Made by a program: the position numbers and the translations under genes. Below, piece after piece: positions 25,579 to 39,624 of a stretch of 64,000 bases of DNA (position 1 is the first letter of the stretch; every line of letters starts with the position of its first letter). A model generated the notes under the pieces. That model ran no database searches. It saw only the letters and a program-made list of their open reading frames with translations, and was not told where the DNA came from. Location: positions 11,855,957 to 11,919,956 of the forward strand of contig MU053881.1 in the NCBI GenBank assembly GCA_013239625.1. The letters are read 5' to 3'. The stretch comes from Lama guanicoe. Its lineage: Eukaryota.

Positions 25579-28196
25579 GAAGAACTTGTAACAAATATCA
25601 TCATTTCTGTTTCCACTACATCATTCAGTCGTATCCTCTGTGGGAGAATTTTTGCTTTGGCAGAAAAGTCCTGAATTTAAGGAGAACTCTCTTAGAAACA
25701 TGAAAACATACTACCGAGTGTGTAGGTCAGGCATTAACAATATTGGAGGAATCCCTCAAATTCTATTCACGGTCGCCCTACTCAACTTGGAATTACGAAC
25801 ATTTCGGCATTGCATTTTCCCCCCCAAATTGCACTTATGTCAAAATTTAATATTTACTCTAGGAAGCCTTAAGATTATAAATTACAAAGTGTGCTAAACT
25901 CAAATAATTAATTTACTTTCTGCTATAAGGGGTAGCATTTTAGGTCAGCACAAGAGAATGATAATTCATTGCTGATTTTCTGAAGATGAGAAATGCCTTA
26001 AATAGTATCGGAGGCTAACTTCAAATGGTTTAAGAGACCCTGGGCCATGTGTGTGTGTGTATGTGCAGCAGCAGCATAATCCCTGTCCTTGCTATAACCC
26101 TGCTTCTCTAAACAGAGCAGGCAAACTGCTCACTTTTATCCCTGTAACTTTAATCCTTCTCCCCCATTTGTCAGTTCGCTCATTTCCATTTTCAGTAGAT
26201 TTTGGAATAATGCATGTTGGTTCAAACCCGTTTTGTAAGCATATATTTCAAGGTAAAGTAGCATTTTGTTTTAAATTTTCATCAGATTAAAATAGAAAAA
26301 AACATTTTTTACATTTCTGTAAGTTTTTACAATCCAAATTTTAGGGATGAATGCGTAGTGAGATTACTGCTTTGACTTATCTCTTTTCTTTTTTCTGGGA
26401 ATTGTCTTCCTTCCCACACATATATACATACATAAAAATGTATGTTCAGACTATTTTATTGTCCTCAGAAATAATATTGATCTTCAATGTTAGTAATTTC
26501 CTTGTGACAGAGAAAAAAAATCAAAAGGTTTTGTTTTTTACATGTTCTAAATGGTTTAGTATAAAAAAGATGTATGATGCCTTTTACCTCAGTGACCTAA
26601 TCCTTATATGTAAAATGCCTAAGAAAGTGCTTGTTACATATCAATTCTATACCAAGTAAATGAAGCAAACAATAATCATTTAATATCTTCAGACTCTCTG
26701 AATGTTTTCACTTTATTTTTGCAGGGTGTAGCAAACTAAGCAAGGTATTTTCTCTCTTTTATAAGTTGTAGCAAGCTGTGAATGGCTTTAATGAAGCCAA
26801 GAGATCTGTGGTGGTGGTGGTGGTAGCCGTGGGCCTTTTTAAAGACAATTACTTTTTACAGGGTTAAGCTGATTGGAACCAGAGCATATTAATTGTGGGT
26901 AAATATTTGTAGTTTCTGAAGATGGAGAATCCACAAAAGAAATCAGGCATAGCGTCCATATCTTTGGTCCTGTTCATTCCCTTCCCCATTCCTAACCAAC
27001 TCTTAATCCAAGCCTGCAGAGTAACCCCTGAGTGGGGGAGCTCACTCAGATGTCCTGCAACCATGCTGGCTCCCTTTTTAGTCTCCTTTCCTTCAGCAGA
27101 TGTGGTAATGCCATTGGGAGATCTTTGGGGAATTTTCCTTTCTACTCTTCACCCTCATTACTCCTGCCATCTGGTCTGTTCCTCTTTTACTTCCATTCAG
27201 CAGATGTGGTGTCCACAGCCCCTCCCACACTGACCTGAGTGAATCCCTTCTGGTTTAGCACACCCATGAGTCTGCACAGGTACAAGGACAGACAATGGAA
27301 CAGTACCACGGTCTCAAACCCATACAGATATTAAAGGGCGACATATTAATAATTCTTCAAAGGCCAAGCTATTTCTTTCTTTTCTTTTGGCTGTACAAAG
27401 TCAACATGAAAACAAAATCCTCATTTGTTGCCAAATAAAGAACACGTTGTATAAGGAGCAAACTTCTGCTGTTATTTTGGTCAAAACACAGTGGCTCATA
27501 TCATTGAAATTTGTCCAGTATTTGACATTCATGGAGTACAAGTGGATACTTGCTCATAATTTGTCGAGTGACCTGTTTTGTTGATGCTTTATAGATGTTT
27601 AACTATATTATGCACACTCAATAATGTAAGCTCAGTAATGTACTCATTCTCATTAGGGACGTCAAGGTATAGGATAAATTCCGCCCTAAGTTAGATACTA
27701 GTTGTGTTGAGAAACATGACTAAACTATGAAATAACTATCATCAGTGTAGGACCACATATTTTAGCCCTAAGTGGTGAAGTACATATTACAAAATACAAT
27801 AGAATTGTAAAAATGAACACTCAATACTGGGAGGAAGAGAGAAAAGTGATGGAAGTGGATGTTAAGGGCAGTTTGCCCACTGAGATGAAAACACTGTACG
27901 TTTGTTTGAATCCTAAATTCCATTTAAATGTTATTCTGGATATAATGATGAGATAAAGTTTTAAAAAGTATTCCACATTAAACCCTGTTGACATGACAAG
28001 GATTAATCAATAACTGATAAAAGTTAAAATTATACTTCAGTGTCTAAGTCAATCTTTATGAAAGACTCCTATTCTGCATGTCTATATTAGCATGATGGAT
28101 TTATAGGTTTGTCGGATATAGCAATGAAGAAATTAATACATTATAAAAATATATGTGATCTTATGTGGAATAACATGTTTTGAAGTGGCTGCTGAC

Positions 28197-28354
28197 CTCT
28201 TGGGCGCCTTCACTGGCAGGGTGGGCACAAAGATTTTGGGTAGAAAAGGAACAGCAGTAGGACTCCATTCCCTGCATGATGAGGGTTTCCTTGTCCATAT
28301 TCTTTAAGATGGAGCTCCACTGACTCTGAGACCATGTATACTCCATTTGAAAAC
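28197..28354 (-). CDS. Possible coding exon of an unidentified gene (best member of a weak exon chain; see findings)
   Basis: Non-repeat sequence, acceptor tttcatttaaag, donor GAG|gtcagc, open frame (x)FQMEYTWSQSQWSSILKNMDKETLIMQGMESYCCSFSTQNLCAHPASEGAQE; no recognised homology. Confidence 0.2.
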
Positions 28355-31300
28355 CTTTAAATGAAATTATGCATGAAAACAATCTGAAGGAGTCCCTCAG
28401 TGTAAAGAAGCACTGAAGGGCACTGAACTTGGGTGTCAAAATAGGACTCATGCATCACCTTGATGAAAGGATGTAGTTTGTATTAAACATACGTATATAA
28501 TGAAGTTACACAAAAGTAGTTTAGAGATATATTAGAAAGCATCAAAAAGAAACTTTTCTTTCATGAATAAACTTATGTCTAACTTTTTATCCTCAAATTA
28601 TATATTTTTCAAATTAGTGTAGTTTCACAAAAAATATGACTAATATATATTAATCTGCCAAAATCTCCTACACTTAATATGTTATGAAGAAAAATATAAC
28701 TCTGAGTTAAGAATTTTGGAATAACCTGCCTTTTTTTTTTTAATATGAATCTAATCATATAAATTCAGACCTAAGTCCAGAGTTCTGGGAAACATGGAAT
28801 TACTGAATTATAGGGTTAGAGGGATCTGAATCCTCATCACGTCCAACAGTATTTTACTGCTTTTATAGTAAGTGTAAGAATATCAAATAGAAAACTCTGT
28901 CATCTTTTAATGGTAATTATATGCACAGAAAACCTGAAAGTTCAAAACCTAGGCGAAACCAAGGTTCACCTATTTGTAGCATACTGAAATTTCAGAGTTA
29001 ATACTAAATAAAAATTAAATTGCCAATTTATTACTATAATCAATTAGATGTTTTACATGATAGAACCATCATGTGTATATTGATTTGGAAATGACGGAAA
29101 ATTGAAGCGTCTGAGGGATTGTGGGGATATGAAATGGAGCTGCAGTGACTATAACTTAGATTTTTGGATTTGGGCAAGGTTAATTTTGGAATCAGAAAAT
29201 AAATGGGATATTTAGGGAATAGTCTATGAAAAGGGAAAAGAGGACCCATATGTAGTTCTTTAAAGGATTTTGGTTAATCCAAGAAGTCAAGTCATTAATA
29301 TAGGAGGGCATCCTTGTCAACTAGTTTCAAAGGAAGTATGTCCTAGAGTGTTCACATGCCACAAGGATAAGAGAATGAGTATGAGAACAGTAAGGAAAGT
29401 GGGAGTGTGTGTGAAGCCAAGAGAAGCGATCCATAAAGAGGGAGAACTTGAGCTCAAAGTGAGAGGGGTTAAAATGGTAGCCAAGTGTCTCTGGAGTTGG
29501 GCTGTGATGGAATCTGAGGTCAGGAAGGAAGGTTTCACTCTAGACATAAAAAGAGATGAGGATTTTCCTGAGATCTGAGAGGAAGATGAAAAGGTAGGGT
29601 GCAAACAGAGCAGTATGTTGAAATGGGACAAAGGTGCAGCTGAAGCTCATGAACTTCGCATTCCCAAGCACATGGGAGTGGCATCGCCAGATAAGAAGAG
29701 CAAGGAGGTATGAGATCCTAGAGGAGGAGAGGCCTGGAACACATACTGACGAGCCAGCAGGAGATAACCAAAAGGACTGCTTAGCAGCAGTAAGAAACAC
29801 TTCGCAGTTGGACTCAGAACACTAGCCTTATATTTTAAAACTTGGACTTGTATCTGGGTATCATAATCATTTGGCCAGCCTCTTCTGCAGTGGTTATTGA
29901 GATCAAATGCCTCCCTGTTCAAGCTGCTGAGTCTGTACAGTGAATAAGCGACGTTGTACACATCACAAGAAAAATGTTATGAACATTTACTAGGCAAAAA
30001 AAAAATTCTGAGACTCTCTTGATTAACTTTGTATCATAAATAGCATCACTATTCAGATATGTTAGATTCATTTTTGTCAGGGGTCCAAGAAAAGGACAAT
30101 CTTGGAAAAAGCTTTTTTTTTTCTTTTTTCCCCCCTGTTGAGTTCAAAATGAGGGAAAAAAAAAAAAAAATCTCCAGGCAACTGAAAAGCCAGGAAATCA
30201 GGTCTGCTTCCATATAGGAAACAATGACAGAGTTGAATCTGAAGATAACAATAGAAATAAAGCCACCCTTCTATTATCTCAAAAAGACATTTCTGTTTAT
30301 TTGGATTTTAAACATTTGTTTTAATGTTCTGGGGGCACTGAAAAGGAAAGAGAAAAAAAAAGATTAAGCAACTGAAAATGCTTTTATGTTTTAAAGTTAC
30401 ACAACATTGCTAAACTCCAAAGAGCAAAATACTATTTGTTTCCCACGTCTTGGTGTACAACAAACAGACCCAAATATGTAAGTATCTAATTCTTCCCAAA
30501 ACATAAGCAGGACATGTAAGTAGAAGAAAGCCTTTATAATTGTGTGGCTGACAGAATGATAAAGGGAACATTCAGGAAGTAAACAGAGAAAAGGATTGTG
30601 AAAAATTTCTAAGATATCCTATAATTAAAGTCATGAAAATGTCTTTTTCTGCAAATTGGTTTTAGAGTTTATTGGCTGCTAGATGGAAGCAAAAGAAATG
30701 ATCAGATGATGATTATAGTGAACACTGAACTGCAGTTGAGGATAGGTCAAAAGGTGCAAGTCAGATACAGCCAGAGAATTGCTGTCATTGCTATGCCAAA
30801 CAGAAAGAGGGACACATGTGGTGGCCAGGGTTTACTGATTTTGAACTTAAAAGCATAAGTCACCAAACTGCTCTGAGTTCAATTTGTAAAACCTTTAACG
30901 CATCACCAAGGTGAGATCTGTTTGATAAGATTATATTCAGATTCTACTTTTTCTTTTTCCTGTCTCAGGGTTAAGCCAATGCTGTTTTAAAAGCACTGTT
31001 GGAAGATCTATTCAAATTTCACTAGTTTTTATTCAAGTTGTTTTCTATAACATTGTTCCATTACATTATTTTTCATTTTTATCATTTATTTTACATACAT
31101 AATATAGAACATGGACACTAAAGAAAAATGAACTACTTGTTGGTTTAAATGTAGAAGTAAAGAGGTATTCAGTAATTGTAAGCAACTGTTATCATGTCTT
31201 AATTATGTTTTGGGTCTGTCATTCTAATTTGAGTACAGTTCAAGAAATGTCCAACAGAACGTGGACTGTGATGTATTTGCATACATACAGAGATTTTTAA

Positions 31301-32564
31301 AAACCATTAGAAAAATTATTTTCACTCCATTTAATTGCCCAGCTATTTCCCTTAATTTTCTGTGTTGAGAGTCAGGGAGAGAGGGGTTGAGAGGAAGGAA
31401 AGGAGAGAGGGAGACAGATGACCCATAGACAACTGAGTGATAAGCTAATTTCTATACACAAGAAGCTGAGTTAGGACCAACTGAGGACCTGGAAACTGAC
31501 TTCATGAGCTTCAGTGAGTCAGCTTGAACTCATTTCAATTTCCAGACTCCAGGTGATTTCTTAGGTAACTGTTGGTTTTACATTTCTGTGATTTTAACAT
31601 ATGTTACATTTTTGTTAATGGAAAACAACATGAAAGATCCTTGTTAGAGGCTGAGAAAGGATTAAGAAATATTTTGAAAAATCAGAGAAAATTGTGGCTT
31701 TCAGGAGAGAAGGGAATTTTTTTTTTTATTGTTGGCTTATTCTACTCTAACACATAGTCTTTCTTCCATTGATTGGGAATAATTGGCAAATGCATCTCTT
31801 TCAGATTTATTGATCATTCTGAAGACAGCTCAGCTAGGTTTATAGGTGGATATAATCATGTGGGAGTAACTGTCTTGTAGAATACATGACTTTCTGTCAC
31901 TGTGCAGAGTGCTAAGTTTCAATGTTCCGATTTCCTGTGTTCCTTCTGCCCTGGTCTTTTAAACAATGACAGAAAATTAATGCTGCAGCTTTAAGTTGTA
32001 TCTGTAGTCATTGTTCACACAGCATCTGTGGCAAACTTGTACTGTTTTTTTGAGTGTAAATTATTTACCATGGAACTTTTATTAATTTATTTATTTTTAG
32101 TATTCTCGGTTCCCTGCTGCTATGAGTGAGTCTCATGTTCAGAGGTCAGAAATAGTCTGCCCTCGGCAGAGGAACACATTTGTATTTGACTAGTCTTTAT
32201 TTCTTAGAATTTACTGCATTTGTCACTATCCGTTGCTTTCTGAGGGGACAGTTCTTATTTATTGACTTCAATATCTTCAATACGTTTAAACTATTTGCCT
32301 GCCACCCAGGTAATTTTCTAGCATCTCTATCTCTCCTTTCCTTGAAGAGAAAATTCTCCAAAAGTTGTTGACCATACAAAAACACCAAACTTAAAATATA
32401 GTCAGAAATGGTATTTTCTTGAAAAAAAAAAACTGGTTGTCTGGTAGAGACTGGAGCTGAGAAGCAGTGTTTACGTGGCTAGAACATGATGATACGACTC
32501 CTCTTAATTACAGCAGACCTTTTATATTAAACATATATCCCCTACTAAGTGGGAGCTGATAGGG

Positions 32565-32760
32565 AAGAAGTGTAGCTTAGGGAGTAGAATAAGGGCTCTT
32601 TTACCAACTCTCAGGATTTGAATCCAGTCACTCTCATGTACTATAGCTACGTGACCCTGGGCAACTTCATAGGCTATGATTTGTGTGATTAATACATAGC
32701 GTAAATATACATGGTACCTAGGGGCACGCTCGGCATGTAATACAGGATCCATCAGAGTTA
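32565..32760 (+). mobile_element. MIR SINE, internally deleted
   Basis: 'caggatttgaatccag...tagctacgtgaccctgggcaactt...ggcacgctcggcatgtaata'. Confidence 0.65.
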
Positions 32761-34059
32761 GAACCACTTGACCGTTCTAGCTTTCATGCTGTTTGGGGGT
32801 GTATTTGGTTACTGCTAACTACAACTAGATTTTAAGAGACATGAATTAATTCATGAAAGTATCACATATTCCCACTATGTTTGCTAGACAGTCTTCATTG
32901 TTTATGTTCTAAACAAAGAAATTCTGGCTGTCCGAGCTTGCTTAAAGAATGAAATGTGAACTAGCATTTATTGTCCATATTGTACCAGCATAATGCACCA
33001 TGCCCTTATATGTTAATTCATTTAATTTGTCAGTCAAATGTCTGAGGAAGACTAAAGATGGCTAAAAAGGAACAGCCTTTTAACTCTTATGTCCCTACTT
33101 CAATAAAGTCAAACCTTACTTTCTCTGTGATTGTTTCTTTTACACCCTCTACTTTTTTTCTTCTTTAATCTATTTTATGCTCTCTTCTGAAATTATGTAT
33201 TGCTGAGAGGTAAACTAAGAATGAAGATGTGGATACCATAGCAAATTGTGTTACTGGGTAACATGACGAGAAGACAGTTAATTGTTAGGAGGACCAGAAA
33301 GTAGAAACACTTGGGTTTCACATCAGTACTCTAGGTCTTCGAAGGACAATTCAGGTCAAAGCCCAGACCAGGAAACCAAGACAGATGTTTGGATTCTGAT
33401 TCTTAGGTTTTGGTTACCAGGCAAGGGGATAAGAACCCAGGTTCTGTATGCAAAATAAGAAGCTGGAGTAGAATTAATATATGGCTTCTTGGCTCCTTGA
33501 TTTGGAAAAAGTCTGGTCTCTGCATGGATGAAAGTTGAACTTATAGTTACAGAGCAAATGAAATTCATTACGAGGTTTAGGTAACTGTTTCCCAAAGTCT
33601 GGCCCTTATAATACCAATACATTAATTTCCCTGTTAAGGGTTCCATTGTCAGATCATTTGGAGGAATACACAGTTTGCACACATTTCTATGATAAATTTT
33701 AGTAGAAATCTGGCAGTAGAGAAACCTATTCAGTTTTGTTTGATCTGGTATTCCCCAAAACTACTTGATTACAGGATATATTTCTCATATAAAGCTCTGT
33801 TTTCCACAAGTGTTCTACAAAACAAGTGTCATTTTATAAAAATATGTCCCCAGATCTGTGTTGTGTGTGCACCTTAAGTGAAATATGGAAAGGACACTCT
33901 GGACAGTTAACAGATTTTATAGGCAGGTAGATGATTTAGGGAAAACCTGAGGAAGGATTCAAGGAGTAAATAAATAAATGAGTAAAAAGTAAAATAAAAG
34001 TCAATAAAAATTATAGACAGAATAAATAAGAATTTATTCCAGATGAAATAAATTTCATA

Positions 34060-34530
34060 AAACCTTCTGAACAAGTAAATGAAAGGATAACATCCATTTA
34101 AAAGGACAAGAATTTGTGAAACAGAGACAGAAATAACAACAGTAGGATGTGAAAAGAACCAATTAGAAATACTGGTGATGAAGAAAATACCAGACTTGTA
34201 AAGAAAATTACAATAGATGGGATGAACTCTAGTTTGGAGACAAAGAAAGATATAATGAATTGAAATATATTATTGAATAATTTAATTCACCAAACATACA
34301 TGCTTTACACTAGGTTCTTTCCTAAGTGCTTCATAAATGACTCAATCTTTAACAGCCCTATGAGGTAGGTATTATTATTGTCAACATTTTACAAATGAGG
34401 AAGCTGATGTATAGAGGTTTACTAACTTGATCAAAACCGCTCAGCTAGGAAGTGAAGACTGCCCAGAACTCTGCTCACAGAGAGAAAGAAATGCAAAGCA
34501 TGAAAGAGCCATCAAGAGATCTATAAGAGA
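34060..34530 (+). mobile_element. Ancient L1/HAL1 ORF1 fragment interrupted by a MIR
   Basis: A-rich coiled-coil-like 'aaagaaccaattagaaatactgg...caatagatgggatgaactctag' resumes as 'cccagaac...cagagagaaagaaatg' after the MIR. Confidence 0.5.
34285..34457 (-). mobile_element. MIR SINE
   Basis: 'aacagccctatgaggtaggtattattattgtcaacattttacaaatgaggaagctga...taacttgatcaa'. Confidence 0.85.
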
Positions 34531-36139
34531 TTGCTGGAATTATGGGAATGATACCCTCTGATTTCCAAACAATAGTAACTTTTGAGAAGCAGTGGGTAGT
34601 TACTGAGGATGGTCTTTAAATGGTATCTATAACTACATTTTTTTTTTCAATGAGAACACTTTGAAGAAAATGTAGGATGATATCATCATTTGTTAAGTCT
34701 GGGTGATGGGCATTTGGGTCTCTGGATGTTTTAAAAAAAAAGTCATGAAAATCATAGTTACAAAAAAAAAACCTTCAAAGCAAAATACAGGACAGCATGT
34801 ATAGAATTTCATTTTGTAAAAATAAATACTGAAGAGCTAAAGGAACAAGTTTTGTGTTTTTCATTTGGTAGAACAATGCTTTTTATCAATATTTTTTATA
34901 TAAGATGCTCTGGTAAAGAACATTTGCTATGGTTTTGTTATCCCATCCAGAACTCAATGCATGCTTTCTGAATTGGGCATATATTTCTGGCCATCAAGTG
35001 CTGTTTGGCTACATTGTGGAAAACGTTATGTATCACTCTTGGGAAGTATTCAGTAATCTTCTGATCCAATTTCCCAATAGCTTATGGAATATGACCTCTC
35101 TTCCTTTCATCTTTCATGCATATGATTTTTACCACTGCAGATCCTAAACTCTTGAAGTTTGAAAAATACAAAGTGAACTTGTCTGTCTTTAAAACTTTAA
35201 ATGAACTAAGCAAGTAGTTGCATTAAAATCACCCTGATTAATAGAATTTTACTCATTTACACTAAGAAAAGAAGTATCTGATAAGGTTTTTCTTTTTAGA
35301 GGTTTTCATGATTTTGAATATGTCTCTTGCCAAATACGGCCAATTCCCAATGGCCACCCTTTCAGACAAGTATATGAAATTGTTGAAAAGACTGATAGGG
35401 ATAAACTCGGTCTCTTATTTATTAAATGTTCTCTCTGGACTGGAGAAAACAGGGAATGCTAACAGGTAAAGAGGTCTCACCTGTTTGAGAACTTCTTCTT
35501 AAATTCCATAGGCATGGGAGAAATGAGGGTGTTGCTGGTTGGAGAAGGAGGGAGTAAAGACAGTTTCTGGCTCTTAATATTTATTTTATACTCTACCCTT
35601 TACAACAGAATTTCAGATTATTGATCGACATTGCCTGATTCCATTTCATTAAGTCCCGTGAGAGTTGAAATTGCAGACTGAGATAAACTGAAAGTACCAA
35701 GTTCATCATGTTTAAAACTGCTTTTTCAGGGTATTGCTTTCTCTCTGGTGCTTCAGTGCTGTTCCTCTACCACTGAGAGGCTGTAATTGCAGAATGGATG
35801 GGGGGAAAGCAAAAAAAAGGGCAGTTATGATCTGATGTAGTATAGTCTGTGATGTGTGTCTGAAAGATTTATGTTCTGATTAAAGAAGCCTTGATTGAAT
35901 TTTCTGATAGAAAATTGTTTTGGTCATTGGCACATGTGCTGCACATTCTTTGATCCAAAGTGTGTTTCACTTATTGCTTAGGAAAGTTAAAAGAAAGGCC
36001 TACAGAAGAAAAATACTGTAAGTAAAAGGAAGATTAAATATAGTCTTTAATATAATGCAAGCATTGGAATTTAGTGACCAGTAATTCATCGTCAAGATTT
36101 TCCAATGCATTGTTATTTTCAGTTGACGTATCAGTAACT

Positions 36140-36640
36140 CACTCATCCATTCATTTATTCATATTTGTTCATTTAACACATAGGAGTGGACCCTCCTATG
36201 TGCCAGGCATAGTTCTAGGCACAAAGGATACATGAGTAAACAATACGACAGGGACAGTGTTCTCTAGGGTGCAGTGAGGACTGTCAGCCAGCACACAAGG
36301 AAAGGAGGACTGAATGAGGATTTCTAATAGTGATGGACTCCATAAAGCAAATGAAACAGGGTCTAAAGTGATAAAAAGTAGTGGAGATGGGGAAGCTTTC
36401 TCGTAGGTTACAAATGGCCTCTCTGAGGAGGTGACATTCCAAGGGAGTGACCATGTAGCCATCTACAAGGGGTGAGAAGGGTGAAAGGAAGGAGTAGTCA
36501 GTATCAGAACATTCCAAGCAAAGCCAGCCAATAGAGTCCTACGGTGGAAGAGAGCTTGGCTTAGTCTAACATTAAACTGACTAGTGAAAGGTGGAATATT
36601 ATGGAAGTAGGGATTAAGAGGTTACAGAGAGAGAACCAAG
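36140..36640 (-). mobile_element. L2a 3' portion
   Basis: (cattt/catt)n tail, then 'cctatgtgccaggcatagttctaggcac', 'ggcctctctgaggaggtgacatt', 'aacattccaagcaa'. Confidence 0.85.
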
Positions 36641-39174
36641 AGTTCCCTTATGGAAGGCAGTGTTGCTTCATCCTTTTTGTGCATTTGAGTCACCTGGGGA
36701 ACTTTTAAAACTAGCAACACCTCCACTGCACTTGAAACTAGTTCAGGTAGAATGGATGGTAGCTATGAATGAGTTAAGAATCACTCATGTGGGGCTCTGC
36801 ATGTCATTCTGCATTTCACCCCAAGTGTAATGACAGCACAGCTTCCCCTCAATCTCTTTTGGCTTGTATCTAACAGTGTTAAAGATACTTACTGAACACA
36901 CTGACAAACACCACCCTCTCATCAGATCAACTCCTTGTATATCAAAACTCAAGAAACTATGTCCCATAACCAGATATTTAAACAATACATTTTGCCTTTC
37001 ATAATTCACTTCCACGTTTCCCTACATACCATCAGGCTACTACTACCCCTTCAGTCTCCCTGTCATCTTACATTTGCATCATCACAAACACAAGCACCAG
37101 TGATTTTAGTGCTACAAGCAGCTCATTCCTTAAAGCACTTAGGCTCAGACACCCATAAAGTCTAAGAGGGTGAGCTGACTTCTTGAGCAGAGGCTTTTTT
37201 TTTCCCCCACATGGAATGGAAGAATTTTAAATGTGTCATTAATTATTTTGATTTCAGTGCTGCATACTTCTTTCGAGCTGAATCCATCATCAGTCTTGAC
37301 TTTCAGTTCAGAATATTCGTCCTCAAAGTTCTGATCGTTCCTTAGTACAGACATGCACTTGGGGATTTGTAAGATTTACATTAGACTAGCTGCAAGTGTG
37401 TCATGTTTTGAAATAATCAAGTTTTTAAAATTACATATGATTGTACTTCTCGGCCTTCTCTCTCCTAGCCTTCATTTTGCTGCAAAAACTCTCCTTTTAC
37501 TTGGTTGTTATTCAGGGAGCTATTAATGATAATACACTGTGGGGCTGAGAACTATTGGAAAGGGGAGATTGGGGATGCTCTCATCACCTCTGTCTTGAAG
37601 TTAATAAAGTTCTAGGGAAACTGAAGAAAAGAGGTGTTAGTTCCATTTTGGGCCATGAAGGGGAGAGTTAAAAAAAAAACAATAATTTTGAAGACGTTGA
37701 TAACCTTAGAAAATAATGTGCTTTCAACTCTGTCTCCTGTTCTTTTGATTAAGGGCACTAGGTAGTGTTTTCTGGGCCAGAAGTGAATAATGCAGATTTT
37801 ATGTATTTGATTACCTTGGTGTTGAATGAAATGTATGGCACAAAGGACAATGAAGCCAAATAAGATTCAACTCCACTGTGTCCATTTATCAGATCCCGTG
37901 AGATTAACACCACTGAAATATAATTTTCATTAGAAGATTTTGTTTCCCTCAAGGACATTGACTCCCCAGTGCCCTGATCCTAAATCGGAGTTTTATGAAT
38001 CTTGATTACCTTGTGGAAAATGAAATGTATCAGAGAATTCAGATTTGCATCTATTTGTGTGGGGGAGTTAAATTTATTTCCTGCCAACATCAGCAAGTCT
38101 GATTTTAGAGAATGCAGCTCATTAGAATAAGTTAACCATATTAGAATATGTGCTGCTCCATTCCTCTCTGCCAGCTGCTCCGGGTGCTACATTCTAAGAA
38201 GCCATAGAGAAAACAGACCCCTGTTGAACCTCATTCACTGATTTTGTTCAGACTAGGTAATCAGAACAAACAAACAAACAAACAGTCCTTTCAAATAGCC
38301 CGAATTTAGACAAGTCCCGCATCAGGTCCTGGACAGGAGAAACTGCTATACAAAACTGGAGGACCACCACAGTGTCGGGGTAGTCCCCAGAGGAGAGCAC
38401 CCAAATTCAGGCCATAAGAGGCATATGGGGCACTGGTATGTAGAAAGACACAGTGGTGCAGGAGCCAGTTTGCAGCTGATCTATTTCAACTCTCTTCTCC
38501 CAACATGAAACTACAAAAAGATTTTGCTTATGTTTCTGAGCTCAAAATCTATTATTTTTTCTTCTTTTTTCTAATTCTTCCTTCCACTTACACAATCTAA
38601 CCCATTTTCCATTCCCAACATTATCAAATTCTCAGAACATTGCTCTTCTTGCCCACACACACACACAAATAGATACTCATTCTCACGTATGCCAAATCCA
38701 TTATTCTCAATCTTGATCTTAATAATCAATATTTAAAAATTTTCACTCACTAAAATATGTATAATAAAATATTGATAAGTTGTATTGATTCATTCCACTA
38801 CTTGACAATCTCAAATGTCTCTTGATTTTGGATGGATGCCAGCAGCACCTTAACCTGGCCATGAGGGTCCCCCACTACCTGCTGTAATTCAGAGCTCTGT
38901 GTAATGCAGATCACAAAGCTGAAGTAAGGCATTAGTGGGACTTTACACATAAAGTGCTTACTTAACAGAGAGCCTAACACACTGAAAGAATTAAAAAAAT
39001 ATTGTGGTCATAATTGCCATTTCAGTATTTCATTATAAGGTGGCCTTGAGATAATTAGGCTGTCAGCTCTTGATTTCCTAAGTACTTGAATTTGTCATAT
39101 GGATCATCATGTCCACACTTTTAATTTTCTCTCCCCTTTCACGTACATGTTACCTTTTCTTTAAGACTCAGGGC

Positions 39175-39405
39175 ACTTGGGGTAGTAAGTAGTGACAAAG
39201 GAATGTGCCATCTGAATACCTGGTTTTGAATCCTGTCTTCACTAAATTCCTGGTTCTGTGGACGTTGTTAATCTCTCTAAACCTTGGTCTTCCTGTCAGT
39301 CAAATCAATGACCACAATACTCACCTCCTAGACAGATGAGAATTAAATAATGTGTATCAAACACTTAATATGGTGTGTAGCACACAGTAGACATTCAGTT
39401 GACAT
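39175..39405 (+). mobile_element. MIR SINE
   Basis: 'cctggttttgaatcctgtcttcac...ttaatctctctaaaccttggtcttcc...gagaattaaataatgtg...gcacacagtagacattca'. Confidence 0.75.
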
Positions 39406-39624
39406 TTTTTGAAGAATTAAGTTCAAGTTCCATGTTGTCCACAAATCTTAAACAGCCCAGCCCCAAGTGGCTCAATCTTGACTTTAAAAATGGGTGTATG
39501 TTACTCATTTGGCACAGAATCTTTGCCTTGTTACAGCACTGTCACTGTCTTATTTCATTTTTATTTTATTATTAACTTTTGCTCTCCAAATGGCTGTTGA
39601 CTTTTAGAAGAGATGAAGAATTAC

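Noticed and set aside
25588..25671. Additional phase 1-1 minus-strand exon candidate (LFCQSKILPQRIRLNDVVETEMMIFVT)
   Set aside because: The donor gttctt is very poor and abuts a MIR; it shows how easily phase-compatible segments arise by chance
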